A DNA stretch of 64,000 bases from assembly GCA_964658305.1 (NCBI GenBank), contig OZ210885.1:11160001-11224000 (forward strand). The letters are read 5' to 3'. Below, one piece after another: positions 39,801-51,794 of this stretch (the first letter of the stretch is position 1; the number at the start of each line of letters is the position of its first letter). Origin of the DNA: Leptogorgia sarmentosa. Lineage: Eukaryota. The notes beneath the pieces were generated by a model. That model ran no database searches and was not told the DNA's origin. It saw only the letters and a list, made by a program, of their open reading frames with translations. The position numbers and the translations under genes are program-made.

Positions 39801-42800
39801 CTTTTATACATAGACCATTGTATGCTGGGCCAATAGAAGAATTGCACAAACCTCTTTGTGTTTTAACCAAGTATTTTCAAACCACTTTCTAACTTTTTTG
39901 TTTGTTTTCCATTCCTTACTTTCCTTTAGCATGTCCAGTGCTTTGTTGTACTTCTGCTGAGTGGTTGCCTTAGCAATTTGTCGCAGTTTGGCTAGAAGGT
40001 CTTCCCGAGTGTCTGCAGCACCATTATCTTTTTTTGAGGTCCAGCGTTCCCAAGCCTGTTCTCGATGGAAATCACAGAGAAGTACCTGGGTCTCTATACA
40101 GATATTATAAATAACAATTTTATTTTATGGGTTACATGATATGTTGCGTACATACAATTGCACTTGATGAAATTGCTACTGCAATAGTTCTTTTTAATTC
40201 TCAGTTTCTACTATATACAGGGCAATTAAAAAAACTGACATCTTTTGGAATGCAAATCAGCCAAAAATTTCATTGTGGAAATTGAAGTATTCCTCTGGGT
40301 ATACAGAGAAAAATAGAAAGTGAGCCGTCATTTAGCACATAAACCAAGTCAATTTTACAGTGCAAGTCTAGCCTTTTTATTCTGTTAAAAGCTACTTGCA
40401 TCAATCTTTATAGTTCGTACAAGTAGATTTGTTTCCTTTTTTTGACTTTTCACCATTTAAGTTAAACACCTTGAGTACAACCACCCCCTGTAGTAAATGT
40501 ATGATACTGTACCTGGGAAGGTTGATTCTAGTGCATTTATCTCTTCTTCACAAAGATCAGTCATGAAATTCTGAGGCCTCCACTCTGGATTCCACTGCTT
40601 AATGATTGATAAAGCCTCCTGAATACTCTCAGTTGTCTCATCTTGTACCACAAATGATGCCACAATAATAAAGTCAACATTTGTCTTAACTGCGATAAAA
40701 AATAGTGGGAGAGCATATTTTGTTGTTTTATAAGTTGCATCTAAAAATGCAAGGTCTTGACCATATTTCAGAAGCAACCTGGACTGCCACACAGTCTGAT
40801 GAACGAAAAGAAGTCTATCCTCCTGCTTCCCAGCCTTGGTTATTATGACGTCATCATCACACTCTTCCAATTCCTCCAATTCATTATCGCTGTTATTTTC
40901 ATCTGAACCAGTACACTTACTTAACAGGTCACCCGATTCACTTTCCTTGTAAGGTCGATAAAAAAAATTATCTTCAGGATTCTCTTTTGTCCAATTGTCA
41001 AGAAGAAGTTTAACATTGTCCTGGTCCAAAGCTGATAATCGTGACCTAACTGTTGCGTTGTACATGTGATTTCGGATTGTTTTCATCCGTGGAAAATATC
41101 TTCGGTTGTTGCGATTTGGTTGTTTTTGCCCATGAAACAGTGTTTCTTTCACATAGATCTTCAAATGGCGTTTCATTTCACCAACATTGCGTACTCCTTC
41201 ACCAACAAGATCACCAATTTTATTGATTAAACGGTCATCAAGTCGTTGTGAAATACCACCATGCTAAAGTTAATAATATATGCAGCTAAAATTAGTCAAA
41301 GGCAGTTAAAATCTTAAGTCGAATTTAGAATTTTAAAGGTAGTGGCAGCTAGTGAACATATTATACAGTAACTTTAATATGTTGAACTGCTACATCTAGC
41401 TTGGTTTATAACATTCTGACTTACTATTCCCAGTTTATGCGCAGTGTGATCACTCTCTTTGGGAAGGCTTATGTAAATACGACGCTCCATTTCTACATTT
41501 CCTTTTTCCATATCTTTTCTTATTGCAGCAGAGGTCATATCACGCTTCTTCTTCTTAGAATCCAGTGGAACCTGAACATAGTGTTAGAAATATGATTACT
41601 GTAGAATGTTTTCAATTCTTTTTCTAAAACTTTTACCCTTATAATTCATGGCATATTTAAATTTTGAAAAAAAAATGATCAGAATACTATCACAGGCAAA
41701 TAAAAATTAGGTATGAACCCTTTTCTTAACAAGATCAATTCTGGCACTTGTGAAGATACAGGCACAGTACACATACGTGTATGTGCACAAAAATTCTTTT
41801 AAAGGGGTACCAAATGCCCCCCCCCCCCCATCAAATCACATACTATATTAGAGTACCTTGTAACCAACAAACTTAATGACTTCTTTCATGAAAATGGCAG
41901 CAGCACAACCCAACTTTTTTGTGTCCTGCTTCCAAAAACGTCTTTTTGTAAAAGCAAAGTCACCATCCTATTAATAACACAATGTAGGGCATCAGACATT
42001 CTTTGTGAAATCAAGTTAAAATTATTATATTATATCTCACGCTTGATGTTGGCTATCAACTGAATTTGTGGTATAGTTAACATTGATTGCCAATGGACTA
42101 TTTTCTCCGGCCAGATGACTCATACATGCTTCGACCAACATGGGTGAAGGCTACATATTTAGTCAGCCAGAAATTTTTCATCTTATCAACTGTTGTTATA
42201 CAGTACTTTCAGCATTGGGTGTGTCCTTTAGCCAGAGTTTTAAAGTTGCAAGCACGCTAGCCTGTCTTATAGACGCTTCTCTTACCTCCTGTTTTGAAGC
42301 ATGTTTTTGTTTTTGATAAATATTTCGATCTTTTCCATGCTGGCATTCCAGAACTTGAAACCCAACCACGTAATATGGAACACCATCAAAGGGAATGTCT
42401 TCATTTCCAATTTTAGCTTCCCACGCTATTCGATGGGATTTAACGAGAATGTCTGCAAATGTATTTTTAGGTACCATTTAAAACTCGAGCACACAGCTTC
42501 AACGTTTAGGCCAATTTAAATTATCATAATGTAATTCTAAATTCTTTATAACGGTATAAAGACACGGGTCAAAAATGTGAGAATATCATACTAAAACCTT
42601 ATTTACGATAAGATGAAGATATGAATTATAGATTATGTATATGTATGACTGTATGTCATTTTAATATATTAAGTGTTTAGCGGGAGACTCGTGTGACTGT
42701 TTTGTGTAAGAATGTACCTGTATTTCCAAATGCTTTCGACTTCTTATAAATTGTGAACTTTGTGGTCGTACGTAGCTCGTAGTCTTGTACAATTCCAAGC

Positions 42801-42943
42801 GCGTTTTCCAATGAGTCGGCAAAGCAAATTCCATCGCCTTCGGCCATGTTGTTTTATTTTGCAAATTTCCCGCTAGATTAGTGCGCGTATTATGACAAAG
42901 ACTGGGCACGAGGTGCTTCAGTGGATCTGAAATAGACTCTACC
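36867..42943 (-). mobile_element. Autonomous-looking Mutator-like element (MULE) nested in the Harbinger
   Basis: 34-bp TIR GGTAGAGTCTATTTCAGATCCACTGAAGCACCTC at 36867-36900 and 42910-42943; GTCCCCGT occurs on both flanks. Confidence 0.88.
37545..42847 (-). CDS. MULE transposase fusion (~1182 aa): CaRF/ALS2CR8-like N-terminus, MULE DDE, SWIM, Ulp1/C48 protease, PHD; exons 42847-42718, 42452-42286, 41967-41857, 41571-41425, 41263-40513, 40093-39852, 39766-39591, 39369-37545
   Basis: All seven introns GT-AG with matching phases, 3549 nt, no stop seen. LDATYKT, FMTDLC, CDFH, TNNGLER; CEC...CKH; WLFDEII, HWTL..VD, Q....SCGV; C4HC3. Confidence 0.85.
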
Positions 42944-44201
42944 GTCCCCGTTGCCGTTCTCGTCATGTAATCGTAAGGTCCCTAGTCAACTCGGCGCTAC
43001 GCGCCTCGTCGACTATCAGCGCATATACGACTCGAGTTCGCAGAATAACTGTTAATTAGCCGTTTGACGTCCAAGCCGGAAATCTAAAGGTCTCTATTAT
43101 TGTGTTGTTGTTAACGGCTGTGATTTGCATATACATTTAGTTGCCCACCATCTGGAATATTAAATATTGATAACACTATGTAGACAGCGTCATTCAAAAT
43201 TGACCGGCCATCGCGAGAACTACCGCCAGCTTCTGCCATTCTATAATAGACATTTTATGCATCAAATGGATTGCATGATTTAGCTAAAAAAACACAGTTC
43301 ATTTCTTGGCTGCCTATGATTTTATTTCGCTTTGTCAGCAGGATATTTGTTTACAAAGATCAACAGGTAACAGCTGCTAACACCTTATTTGGCAAAATTT
43401 CCTTTAGTTATTTTATGCGTCATTGATTGAATAATATGTACAAATTTTACTTTTTGCTGTAATTGTTGATGACTGATGATCAGAAAAGCATGTTTTGGAT
43501 TCTGGTAATAGAATTAATACGGTATCATTCTTTCAGTTTAAAAGGTGGAACATGTATGACTAATGTTTGTAAAAGCTTATTTCAAACAACGGGGGTTTCC
43601 CAACATGGGGAATTCCCTTTTAATGCGCATAAATAGGAGGAATTGTAAAAACAGAATCCTATTTGAATTCAGAGCAGCAGAAGACACATACCACTACCAG
43701 AGGGAAAATATATAAGAATTTATAAAGTTTAAATCCGCAAGATAAGAAAATTTTGAGAACAACGCTATTCCAATCGGTAGGTAACAATACAAGGAAACCC
43801 ATAGCTATAATTGAAAATTACGATGTTCAAAATTCTGACTCTCTTCGTGGGCAACGTTTGTTAACGATTTGTCACTTCTAAGTTTCTAACGTATTCTTCT
43901 TATACAAACAAAATATAAAATTGTATATATTATTGTATTTCATAGATCAAGGAATTAAGTCATGATCGAAATATATATCGTTTTATCGATTTCAAAGGCT
44001 TGTTTACACCTGTAATTTTCGCTACTATTTACGATGCGGTTTTTCCTTGGGAGAGATGTGAATGAGTGGATTAATGATGAATGCTAAAGTGTCTTTAAAG
44101 TGTCTTTAAACGGACAAAAACCCTGTCTGTAGTCACGCTGAAAGCTGTTTGCATAGTTGTAATTTAGTCGCGCCATAACAGTCACAGTAAAACGCGTGTA
44201 A

Positions 44202-44324
44202 GGCCCAGTTCAGACGTCGAACTTTTCATGCGCCGAATTACCTAATGCAAATGAGCTCAAACAAAGAACTTTGCTCATTAACATTAGGTTCGGCACATGA
44301 AAAGTTCGACGTTTGAACTGGGCC
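44202..44324. mobile_element. Tourist/Harbinger-type MITE, TSD TAA
   Basis: GGCCCAGTTCAGACGTCGAAC...GTTCGACGTTTGAACTGGGCC flanked by TAA. Confidence 0.85.
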
Positions 44325-44926
44325 TAATACCGTGAGAAAGCTTGCTTTATAAATAATACATTTTTGGCAGTCCTGCTTTCGCGAGAGAGCAACAGCCGTC
44401 CTGAGCATGCGCAGGCCAAATTACCCAATCAGATACCAGAATTTTTTGGATTAAATAGTATTGCAACTCCTGCCTTCAAAAAATAGCAGGAGTAAAACAC
44501 GAGTCGCGTGTAAATCAATGATTAACCGGAAATTGGCGCTTGTAGAGTCACCGTTGCTAGGTAACAGACTAACAAAATCCTGAAATTACGTAAACTTTTA
44601 GTAAGCGGGATTCTTTGCTTAATATCATTGTTGTCAATTTCCTGGACGCTGATTGGCTGAAAAGCTTCAACAACTGTGCAAATTAAACTTTAATTTGCAC
44701 AGAGTGCACTGTGCAAATTGAACTTAATTGCATGGTTTCGAGCCGCGATACATTATAAACACAAATAAATAGACGCTTATCAACGCTAAAATTCTTGTGT
44801 TTTTTTGTTATTTATTGTCAACTTTGGACAAAAAAGTTTAGTGAACGTGTACTACAATGATATTAATACGAAATTACACTTGTTCTCGAAATATTAATGA
44901 AAAATTGCACTTGTGTTTGGCGAAAA

Positions 44927-45877
44927 TATCTGCGAATTCGCAGATACTATGCTATGACCCTTTTAGCTGTTAGCTTCTAGCCAATCAGCGACGAGCTTTT
45001 GCTTACAATGACGTAATGCAAGATGGCGGCCTTCGAGGAGTGAAGGCGATGTTTTGATGGGATTTTTGCGAAAATGTGAAGTGCAGCGTTTAAGTACGAC
45101 GGTTTAAGCAAACAATCTTGACTTTGCAGGTCCCTGTCAATGTCCAGTTGTAATTTTGAAACGGCAGCGTGCTGTTTTATCGGCCTTTCGATTTGTAAAT
45201 TGAAAATGCGCACAGAGCACTGTACAGGTGGCCCACTCATGAACGGTTTTGTCACAGCACGCTATATAAAAACTGGATACATTCTGTTGAAGTAGCCCAA
45301 TCAGCAGCGAGACGCTTTTGTTGTTCCTGTTCGCAGGTTAAATCTAATCATACTCAAGATGGCGGTCAAAATTGAAATAAGGCCAAAACGATATAATTAA
45401 ATAATTTAATGACATTTACATGTAATATTAGGTAATCTCACGATATTATGTATAAAGCCATAGTTTTATGCATATTGGAGGCACAAAGAAAGTTTTTTTT
45501 CCAAGGAATTTTCTCGTATTTTTCACGAAAGAGTCGAAAGAGGAAGGTGAGAAATGCTGTATATGAGAGCAGTCAACAGTCAACACTAACTAAACATCGC
45601 ATATTTGATAAGACAGCATGCTGATTTAGGAAATCTGTTTGAGTGTAGTTCTAGGTTTTAATGTTTTGTGCGTTAGCTTTGGGGTTCGATTAGTTTCATA
45701 TTTAGGGTTAGCTTTAGTTTAGGTTCATTTAATTTATTGCTTGCAAACCAATACTTTAGTGATAGATTTAGGGGCAACCTGGACTTTTTAGCATGTCCGA
45801 TTGCGCTTTCCGACGACTCATCCGTCAGTTCTGCTTCACCATTCGCAGATACATGTGCGCTTTGCGAACCTATTTTT
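44927..45877 (+). mobile_element. HINE of the GTATCTGCG family (diverged; 5' T-run lost)
   Basis: TATCTGCGAATTCGCAGATA, TTAGCTGTTAGC remnant, body similar to 31850-31980, 3' CGCAGATACATGTGCGCTTTGCGAACCTATTTTT. Confidence 0.65.
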
Positions 45878-47339
45878 CCTTATACTTCTCGAACCGTGTA
45901 ATTTCCTATACTAAATTCTTTTAATGAATATTAATGAAAATGACCAGAATTTCGACGGGAGAAAGGAAAATAAAAAAAGGAATAATTCAAGTTTAGTTGG
46001 AAAGTGTCCATTTTATGGAAATTTTTAGTCCTGCTCATGCAGCAGGACCAGCAGGACCGCTAGCAACGCCACTGAAGCTACAGTATGATAAGTATCCAAA
46101 GCCGTCAAATGTTTTATATTCTTAAGGCTTATATTTAGTCACTGAATACGACAGTGGTGTGTCTTATAAATTGAATTTTCGTCTAGGAGGCTGTCGACAG
46201 TCACAGAATACGTAGTATACAAATAGCATACATCAAGCGCTTTTACTATACTCAAAGATCAGAATGACTATGTTCATGTTGATGTGCTCATGATAATCGA
46301 ATTGTTGCCTAATGTAACTGAGATATAATTTTCAGCTCATCATAACTCCCTAATTTTTTTTTGAAAAGAATATATTTCTAACATGTATAATATTGCTTAC
46401 TTACTAGAAATTATTATATCCAATCGGAATCTAAATTCTCATTCTGTCAATGAATAAGTTATATTATTATTTATTTCAAACAATTCAAGAGTTTTGATTG
46501 GTTAAGAGCAGTGCAATAAATCGCCCGTTCGTCTCAGCGTGCACCAAATTTCTCAAAACTTGAATAGCCTGTATATCATACTCCATATTTTCATCCGATT
46601 AAATCAAATTGTGTGGAGAAAACTTATTTTTTCCGCGCAAGCCGTTTTTAAAGAGCCTTTCAGTAGCCACATTTCCCATTCTGAAAAAGTTTGTTTTTAA
46701 AATAAACTTAGTGCTAGATATACCAGAGGGTGTTAAACTACCCATGCTAACCGAAAGTTTTTGGAAATTTTGAGCGCTCGTTAGTTTAGAGAATGTTTTT
46801 CATGAGTAAACTTTTTTTTGATACACCCTGTATTGACTAAAATCGTCGTCAAAACGATAAAAATCACTGCATCAAACTGAACTGAAAGCAATTATCGCTT
46901 AAGATGGAATATGTAATTTCAGCGCTTTTATCTTCAATTCTCGGTCATTTGTTTGATATTAAAACTATTTCAATTAAATTTAATTCTTTCGAAAGTTCTG
47001 TTGAATTTTCTATGCTGTTTCATGCTACTTTCTTGTGATCCAAAAAAACCAAAATTATAAATAATTTATATGGAATTACTGATATACATCGCCGTGTATA
47101 TGTAAGTGTGTGTAAAATTGTCTGGTGTTGTTGCAAATGAAACATTCGTACTGCATGCGTTCGTCGGAAGGGTCGGAATGTTCAGAATGGTTTTACCGTC
47201 AGACCAAACTGGTAGCAGGAAATGGTTATAGTTGCCGAGTATACATGAATATCGAAAGACAATTCGAACAATATGCAGAAATAGAATTAGCCGCAGACGC
47301 GCAGCAAGAAATTGATCGACGGCGATGAAGAGAAAACCG

Positions 47340-48845
47340 ATGAGCGAGAATGAGCGCCTTGACATACCAAAATTTCGGAAAGCAAGGACCAAAACAGATT
47401 TAACTAAAACGAGAAGTAAGTTACTAAGGGGGTGTTTATATGGAGGCGAGCTAGCCCGGGTACCCGGGCTAGCTCGCTTAAGCGAGATCTAATGTCACAA
47501 TATAATTTATAGTAATGTTCATCTTGCGTTTATATGGGAACCGGGCTGGCCCGCCTAGGCGAGATCTCGCTTTGCGAAAGCGGGATCCCGCCTAGGCGGG
47601 CTGGGAATTTTCCATATAAACGCAATTACCCGAACTGGCTCGCCTAAGCGGGCTGGGTGTTATTTCGCTTTTCGCGCAAATATACTGATACAAATTAGAT
47701 TTTTTCGACATATTTCAATCTTAAAAGGTCTCAGTAAACGGTTTTGTGAATTATAACTGTGAAATTAGCTTTCAAAAGTGTGCATTTCCTATTTGTAAGA
47801 AATATTTCTATTTATAGCAATGAGACCAGTAGTTTGTTTTGGCGAGCCAGCCCGCCTCGAAAGTCTCATGTAAACACGAAATGAAACCAGCTCGCCTAAG
47901 CGGGCTAGCTCGGGTACCCGGGCTGGCTCGCCTCCATATAAACACCCCCTAAGTTTGCTCAACGAAGAAGAATGATACGGTCGAAGACAGGTAGGAGAAA
48001 TACGACAGAAATTGAGCGATAAACAGGAACAAGCTATAGCGGTAAACGAAGCATTTGCAATAGAGTATTCAAGCAGATGCGGCAGAAAAGCCTTAAGAAA
48101 AGATAAGTTAGAAGGGATAGAGACACTTGATGCGGAATTTAAAAGTTTTCAGGATGGCGTGAGTTGAAGTATATTTAGATATGACATTCGTCGAATTGTA
48201 GTTCGCAGACAGGCGCGTTGATTAAAAGTTAGGAATATCACGCAATTTCCTCGTCAACAATTGGTACAAGATGAACAAAAGAGTTTGATCAACCTCCCGA
48301 TGAGTAAGAGTTCTGCCGTGTAGTCTTTGGGATCAATTCGTCGCCATTTCATGCTCAGTACGTGGTACAGCGACATCCAAAGGAATTACAACAAGATCAT
48401 CCAATGGCAGCTGAAACGATTGAATATTCGACGTACATGGACGAATAGCATTGAGTCCGCTTCGACAGATCGTCAGCGTGTCGAACTACATCACAAGTTA
48501 AGTGAGCTATACGAGAAAGCTAACATGTATCCACATAAATGGTTGTCAAATTCCTTGGCGGTGTTAAAGATCATTCCAGAAGAGAAACAAGCAAGGAACG
48601 TCCTATTAAACAAATCAAGTGATTTGCCAACAGTGTAGAAAACTATCGGAATGAAATGGTTAGCTGATGAAATTTGGTTCACCCTTCAGGCAGAATTTCT
48701 TAAGGACGAGTTTCCACACCAAACGAAATTTTTTTAAGAGCATGGCAGCTCTTTTCGATCCCATGGGTTTCCTAGCACCTTTGCATGATAATCCAGGCTA
48801 AAATCATTCATTGAGAAATATGGACACGAGGAATTGACTGGGACG
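47340..48845 (+). pseudogene. Decayed BEL/Pao retrotransposon remnant (gag-like start and RT/RNaseH junction)
   Basis: KWLSNSLAVLKIIP, K.IGMKW, LFDPMGFLAP, IWTRGIDWD motifs with stops and frameshifts. Confidence 0.7.
47428..47949. mobile_element. Tourist/Harbinger-type MITE, TSD TAA
   Basis: GGGGGTGTTTATATGGAGGCGAGC...GCTCGCCTCCATATAAACACCCCC flanked by TAA; internal repeated palindromes. Confidence 0.88.
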
Positions 48846-49109
48846 TTATATTTCTACATTTTTCAGTGTGTCTTTTACAACAATCATTGCTTCAGCAGCA
48901 GTTTCAGTGAGCTTCTCTAATGGCTTTAGTTTTGCTTTCTTTTTATTGTGATAAAAAGCTTGTCCTTAGTGTTTTCATCAGTAGTGACCTCAGTTGATTG
49001 TTGATCTAAGCGCAAGGATGAGGGCTGTAGTGCTAGCTCAGGTTTACACGAATTTTTTAGTTGCTCTCTCGTTTAACATGCACAGAAAGAATTTTTTCAA
49101 ATATCTCTC

Positions 49110-49622
49110 ATATTTAGAAGCCGATAAACCTTGTCCCCGAGCGATTCAAACGTATCCATGGATTGTAGCGTATTAGCCGCCATTAATCATCAATTCTTAT
49201 ATACTTCACTGAAAGAGAGCGGTGTTTTAGGACACATGAAATACAAATTCCAACATGCGAAGCTTGATTTGTCAAGATGGGGTTTCGACGGCTTCAACTA
49301 ATATAAAACCTATAAAAGGTTACGTTTATGTTCGGCAAAGTGCTTCGCTTTGCTTGAAATATCCATAACTATCGAACATAAACGTAAAGCTGGACAAGGG
49401 AAAGATACGTAACCTTTTATAGGTTTTATATTAGTTGAAGCCGCCGAAACCCCATCTTGACAAATCAAGCTTCGCATGTTGGAATTTGTATTTCATGTAT
49501 CCTAAAACACCGCTCTCTTTCAGTGAAGTATATAAGAATTGATGATTAATGGCGGCTAATACGCTACAATCCATGGATACGTTTGAATCGCTCGGGGACA
49601 AGGTTTATCGGCTTCTAAATAT
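49110..49622. repeat. Near-perfect inverted repeat, 216-bp arms (49110-49325, 49407-49622), 81-bp spacer
   Basis: Arms are reverse complements; two mismatches seen. Confidence 0.92.
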
Positions 49623-50654
49623 CACAATATTTTGCTTTTTCGATTCGCTACAAGTCGATTTACCATGTTTATACTTCGCATGTAAGAAAACATACTATTT
49701 TGCGTTGCTGCATACTATAAATTTACGAGCATTTTGAAAGTCCGAGTGCCCATTGCGTAATACTGCTTGTCGCATATTTCTAGCCATGTTCTTTTTACAA
49801 GAAAATAGTACTTTTATTTAATGAGAGAGTGTGGTAAGGGGTAGAGAGCAAATGAATTTTACAGCATTACTCATAGCTGGCGGTAGCTCTCCATTACTCA
49901 AATCAAGTAAACCCACTTGGTAGCACACTACTTGGTAGCACATCTTTACAGCACTAAGTACATGTTGTTTTAAAATGTATCGAAAATTAATCCCCTAAAA
50001 TGGTTTGAAGATAAATTATCTTTTGATTTTCTTTTCAATTCCTTGTTTCCCTAAATAGCATTCGTCTTCATTACAATCCGTTGTTTTTATTTCACACACA
50101 GCCAGGCTAGGGGTTTCTTCATCACATTTAGGTTCCGAACATCTTGTACAACAATACACTTTACACTTTATGCAAATATTATTTAATTTATTTTGTTTCG
50201 AAAGTGCAGGATGAGCAAATACCTTTCCCCGCCAATTTTTAAACACATGTATGTAAGCTTTCGACAGCGTGCATGACGACGTGAGACAAAAATCTTGGAT
50301 ATTAATGGATAATCAGTGTCAATTATTGAAAATAAAATTATTTTTGATTACAATGATTTATGCCTTAGATTTTGCACATTCATTTGGTACTTCCTATTAA
50401 CTATGTCTTTTGTATAGGTATTTTATATCTAATCATAGTCTTGATATAAGAACTGTGTCATTAAATTCTGCCTCTTTATCAGCCTTTTTTTGATATCTCG
50501 GAAGTAAGTGATAAAGACTGCGCGCGCGTGATCGGCTGACAGCCGTGTTGATGTGAGATTATGTAAACACAGCTATTTGCCGCTGCTTTATCGCTGCTCT
50601 CTCGCTATTCCGTTATTCCGCTCTTATCAACGTGTTTTTTTTATAAAAGTAATA

Positions 50655-50830
50655 CAAAACATGTTCTTATGTTTACGTTGAGTTATGTAAACACGAGTGG
50701 AAGTTTGGGAGAATTCGAAATGTGTGGAAAAACTCGCCCCCTGAAGAGCGAGTGTTTCTACGCATTTCTCGTTCTCCCAAACTTGCACTCGTGTTTACAT
50801 AACTCGATGTAAACATGGACAATGTTTTCT
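50655..50830. repeat. Hairpin-forming interspersed repeat
   Basis: tgtttacgttgagttatgtaaacacgagtggaagtttgggaga pairs with tctcccaaacttgcactcgtgtttacataactcgatgtaaaca. Confidence 0.6.
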
Positions 50831-51255
50831 CTTCCTTAATTACTAATTATATGCGCAATTTTTCTTAATAGAAGGCAATTGGTTATAAACCTGAACTCTG
50901 ACGGAGATAAAGGGGTGTTAAAAGTATCACAAGGTTTAACCACATAGAATTCACAAAAAATGTAAGTAAACTCTCCATTGAAATCAGAAGTTGGTATTGC
51001 TGTTCTGAACTAATAAGTGGCATTCGTTGACACGTAAGCAATCTGTGGAAATGATTTCAATAGTCAAGGGAATGCAATTTCCTGAAAGCTTAAAAAAAAT
51101 GGACTGAAAAACCAGTGAATAATTAGTTGCGATTTGTGAGGTCACATGGTGTGCCGAGTGCATGGAAATAAAGTTTATCGTGGACGAGATTCTAAAATTT
51201 ACCGTTGTCAAAATATCTTTTAAATAAATAATATATAAAATTTAAACCTTTTTAG

Positions 51256-51794
51256 AAAACGTTAAAATAGAAGATCTTGAGATGTCCTTAACTAACAAAA
51301 CAATTTCGACTGAAATGGAAAAAGAGAAAGTAGAAAAACTGCAGACATCCATTAGAAACCTGAAGGAGGAGGATAACTTTAGAGACTGCGAAGAACTCAT
51401 CCGATTATTCTTCGAAAAAATATCAGGAATTACCGACCAAAATAAGAAAGAAGATCTTCTTGCAGAACTTAAATCTGCTTCATGTTGTGGATTGTGTGGC
51501 AAATTAAAGAAACTGGTTAAAGATAATGGCTTGACTATGGAGGCACTTGATCTTGTGCTGAAATATCGAAACACAAGAGAAGACCTTGCCAAATTTTTTT
51601 ATAATGAGAAAAAGAGCGATAATACTGATCCCGGATTCGTGGCTTTAAGAAGCAGACTGGGTCCAAATCTTGAAGTTCTTGGTGGATTGTTACACGAGGG
51701 AATTAATGATGTAACGAAAGAGTGGGTCAAAAGACTAGTTGAAGAGGCTCCGTCCTTTCGAGCTCTTTCCAGAATGTCAGTCCATGATGTTGAG
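51256..51794 (+). CDS. GVIN1: GVIN1-like (interferon-induced very large GTPase-like) gene, coding exon A; ATG at 51282 if this is the first coding exon
   Basis: tttag acceptor, GAG|gtagga donor, phase 0 joins exon 55401; open frame; end resembles the GVIN N-terminus. Family-level call, not orthology. Confidence 0.65.

Larger units (their letters stand above)
33706..42983. mobile_element. PIF/Harbinger (PHIS) DNA transposon with two convergent genes and a nested MULE
   Basis: Perfect 18-bp TIR AGGGACCTTACGATTACA at 33706-33723 and 42966-42983, imperfect to ~35 bp; transposase plus accessory gene inside. Confidence 0.9.

Noticed and set aside
50872..50961. Upstream coding exon of the GVIN-like gene using the gtaagt donor
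   Set aside because: Stops in all three frames; at most a UTR exon or a shorter exon with a weak donor.
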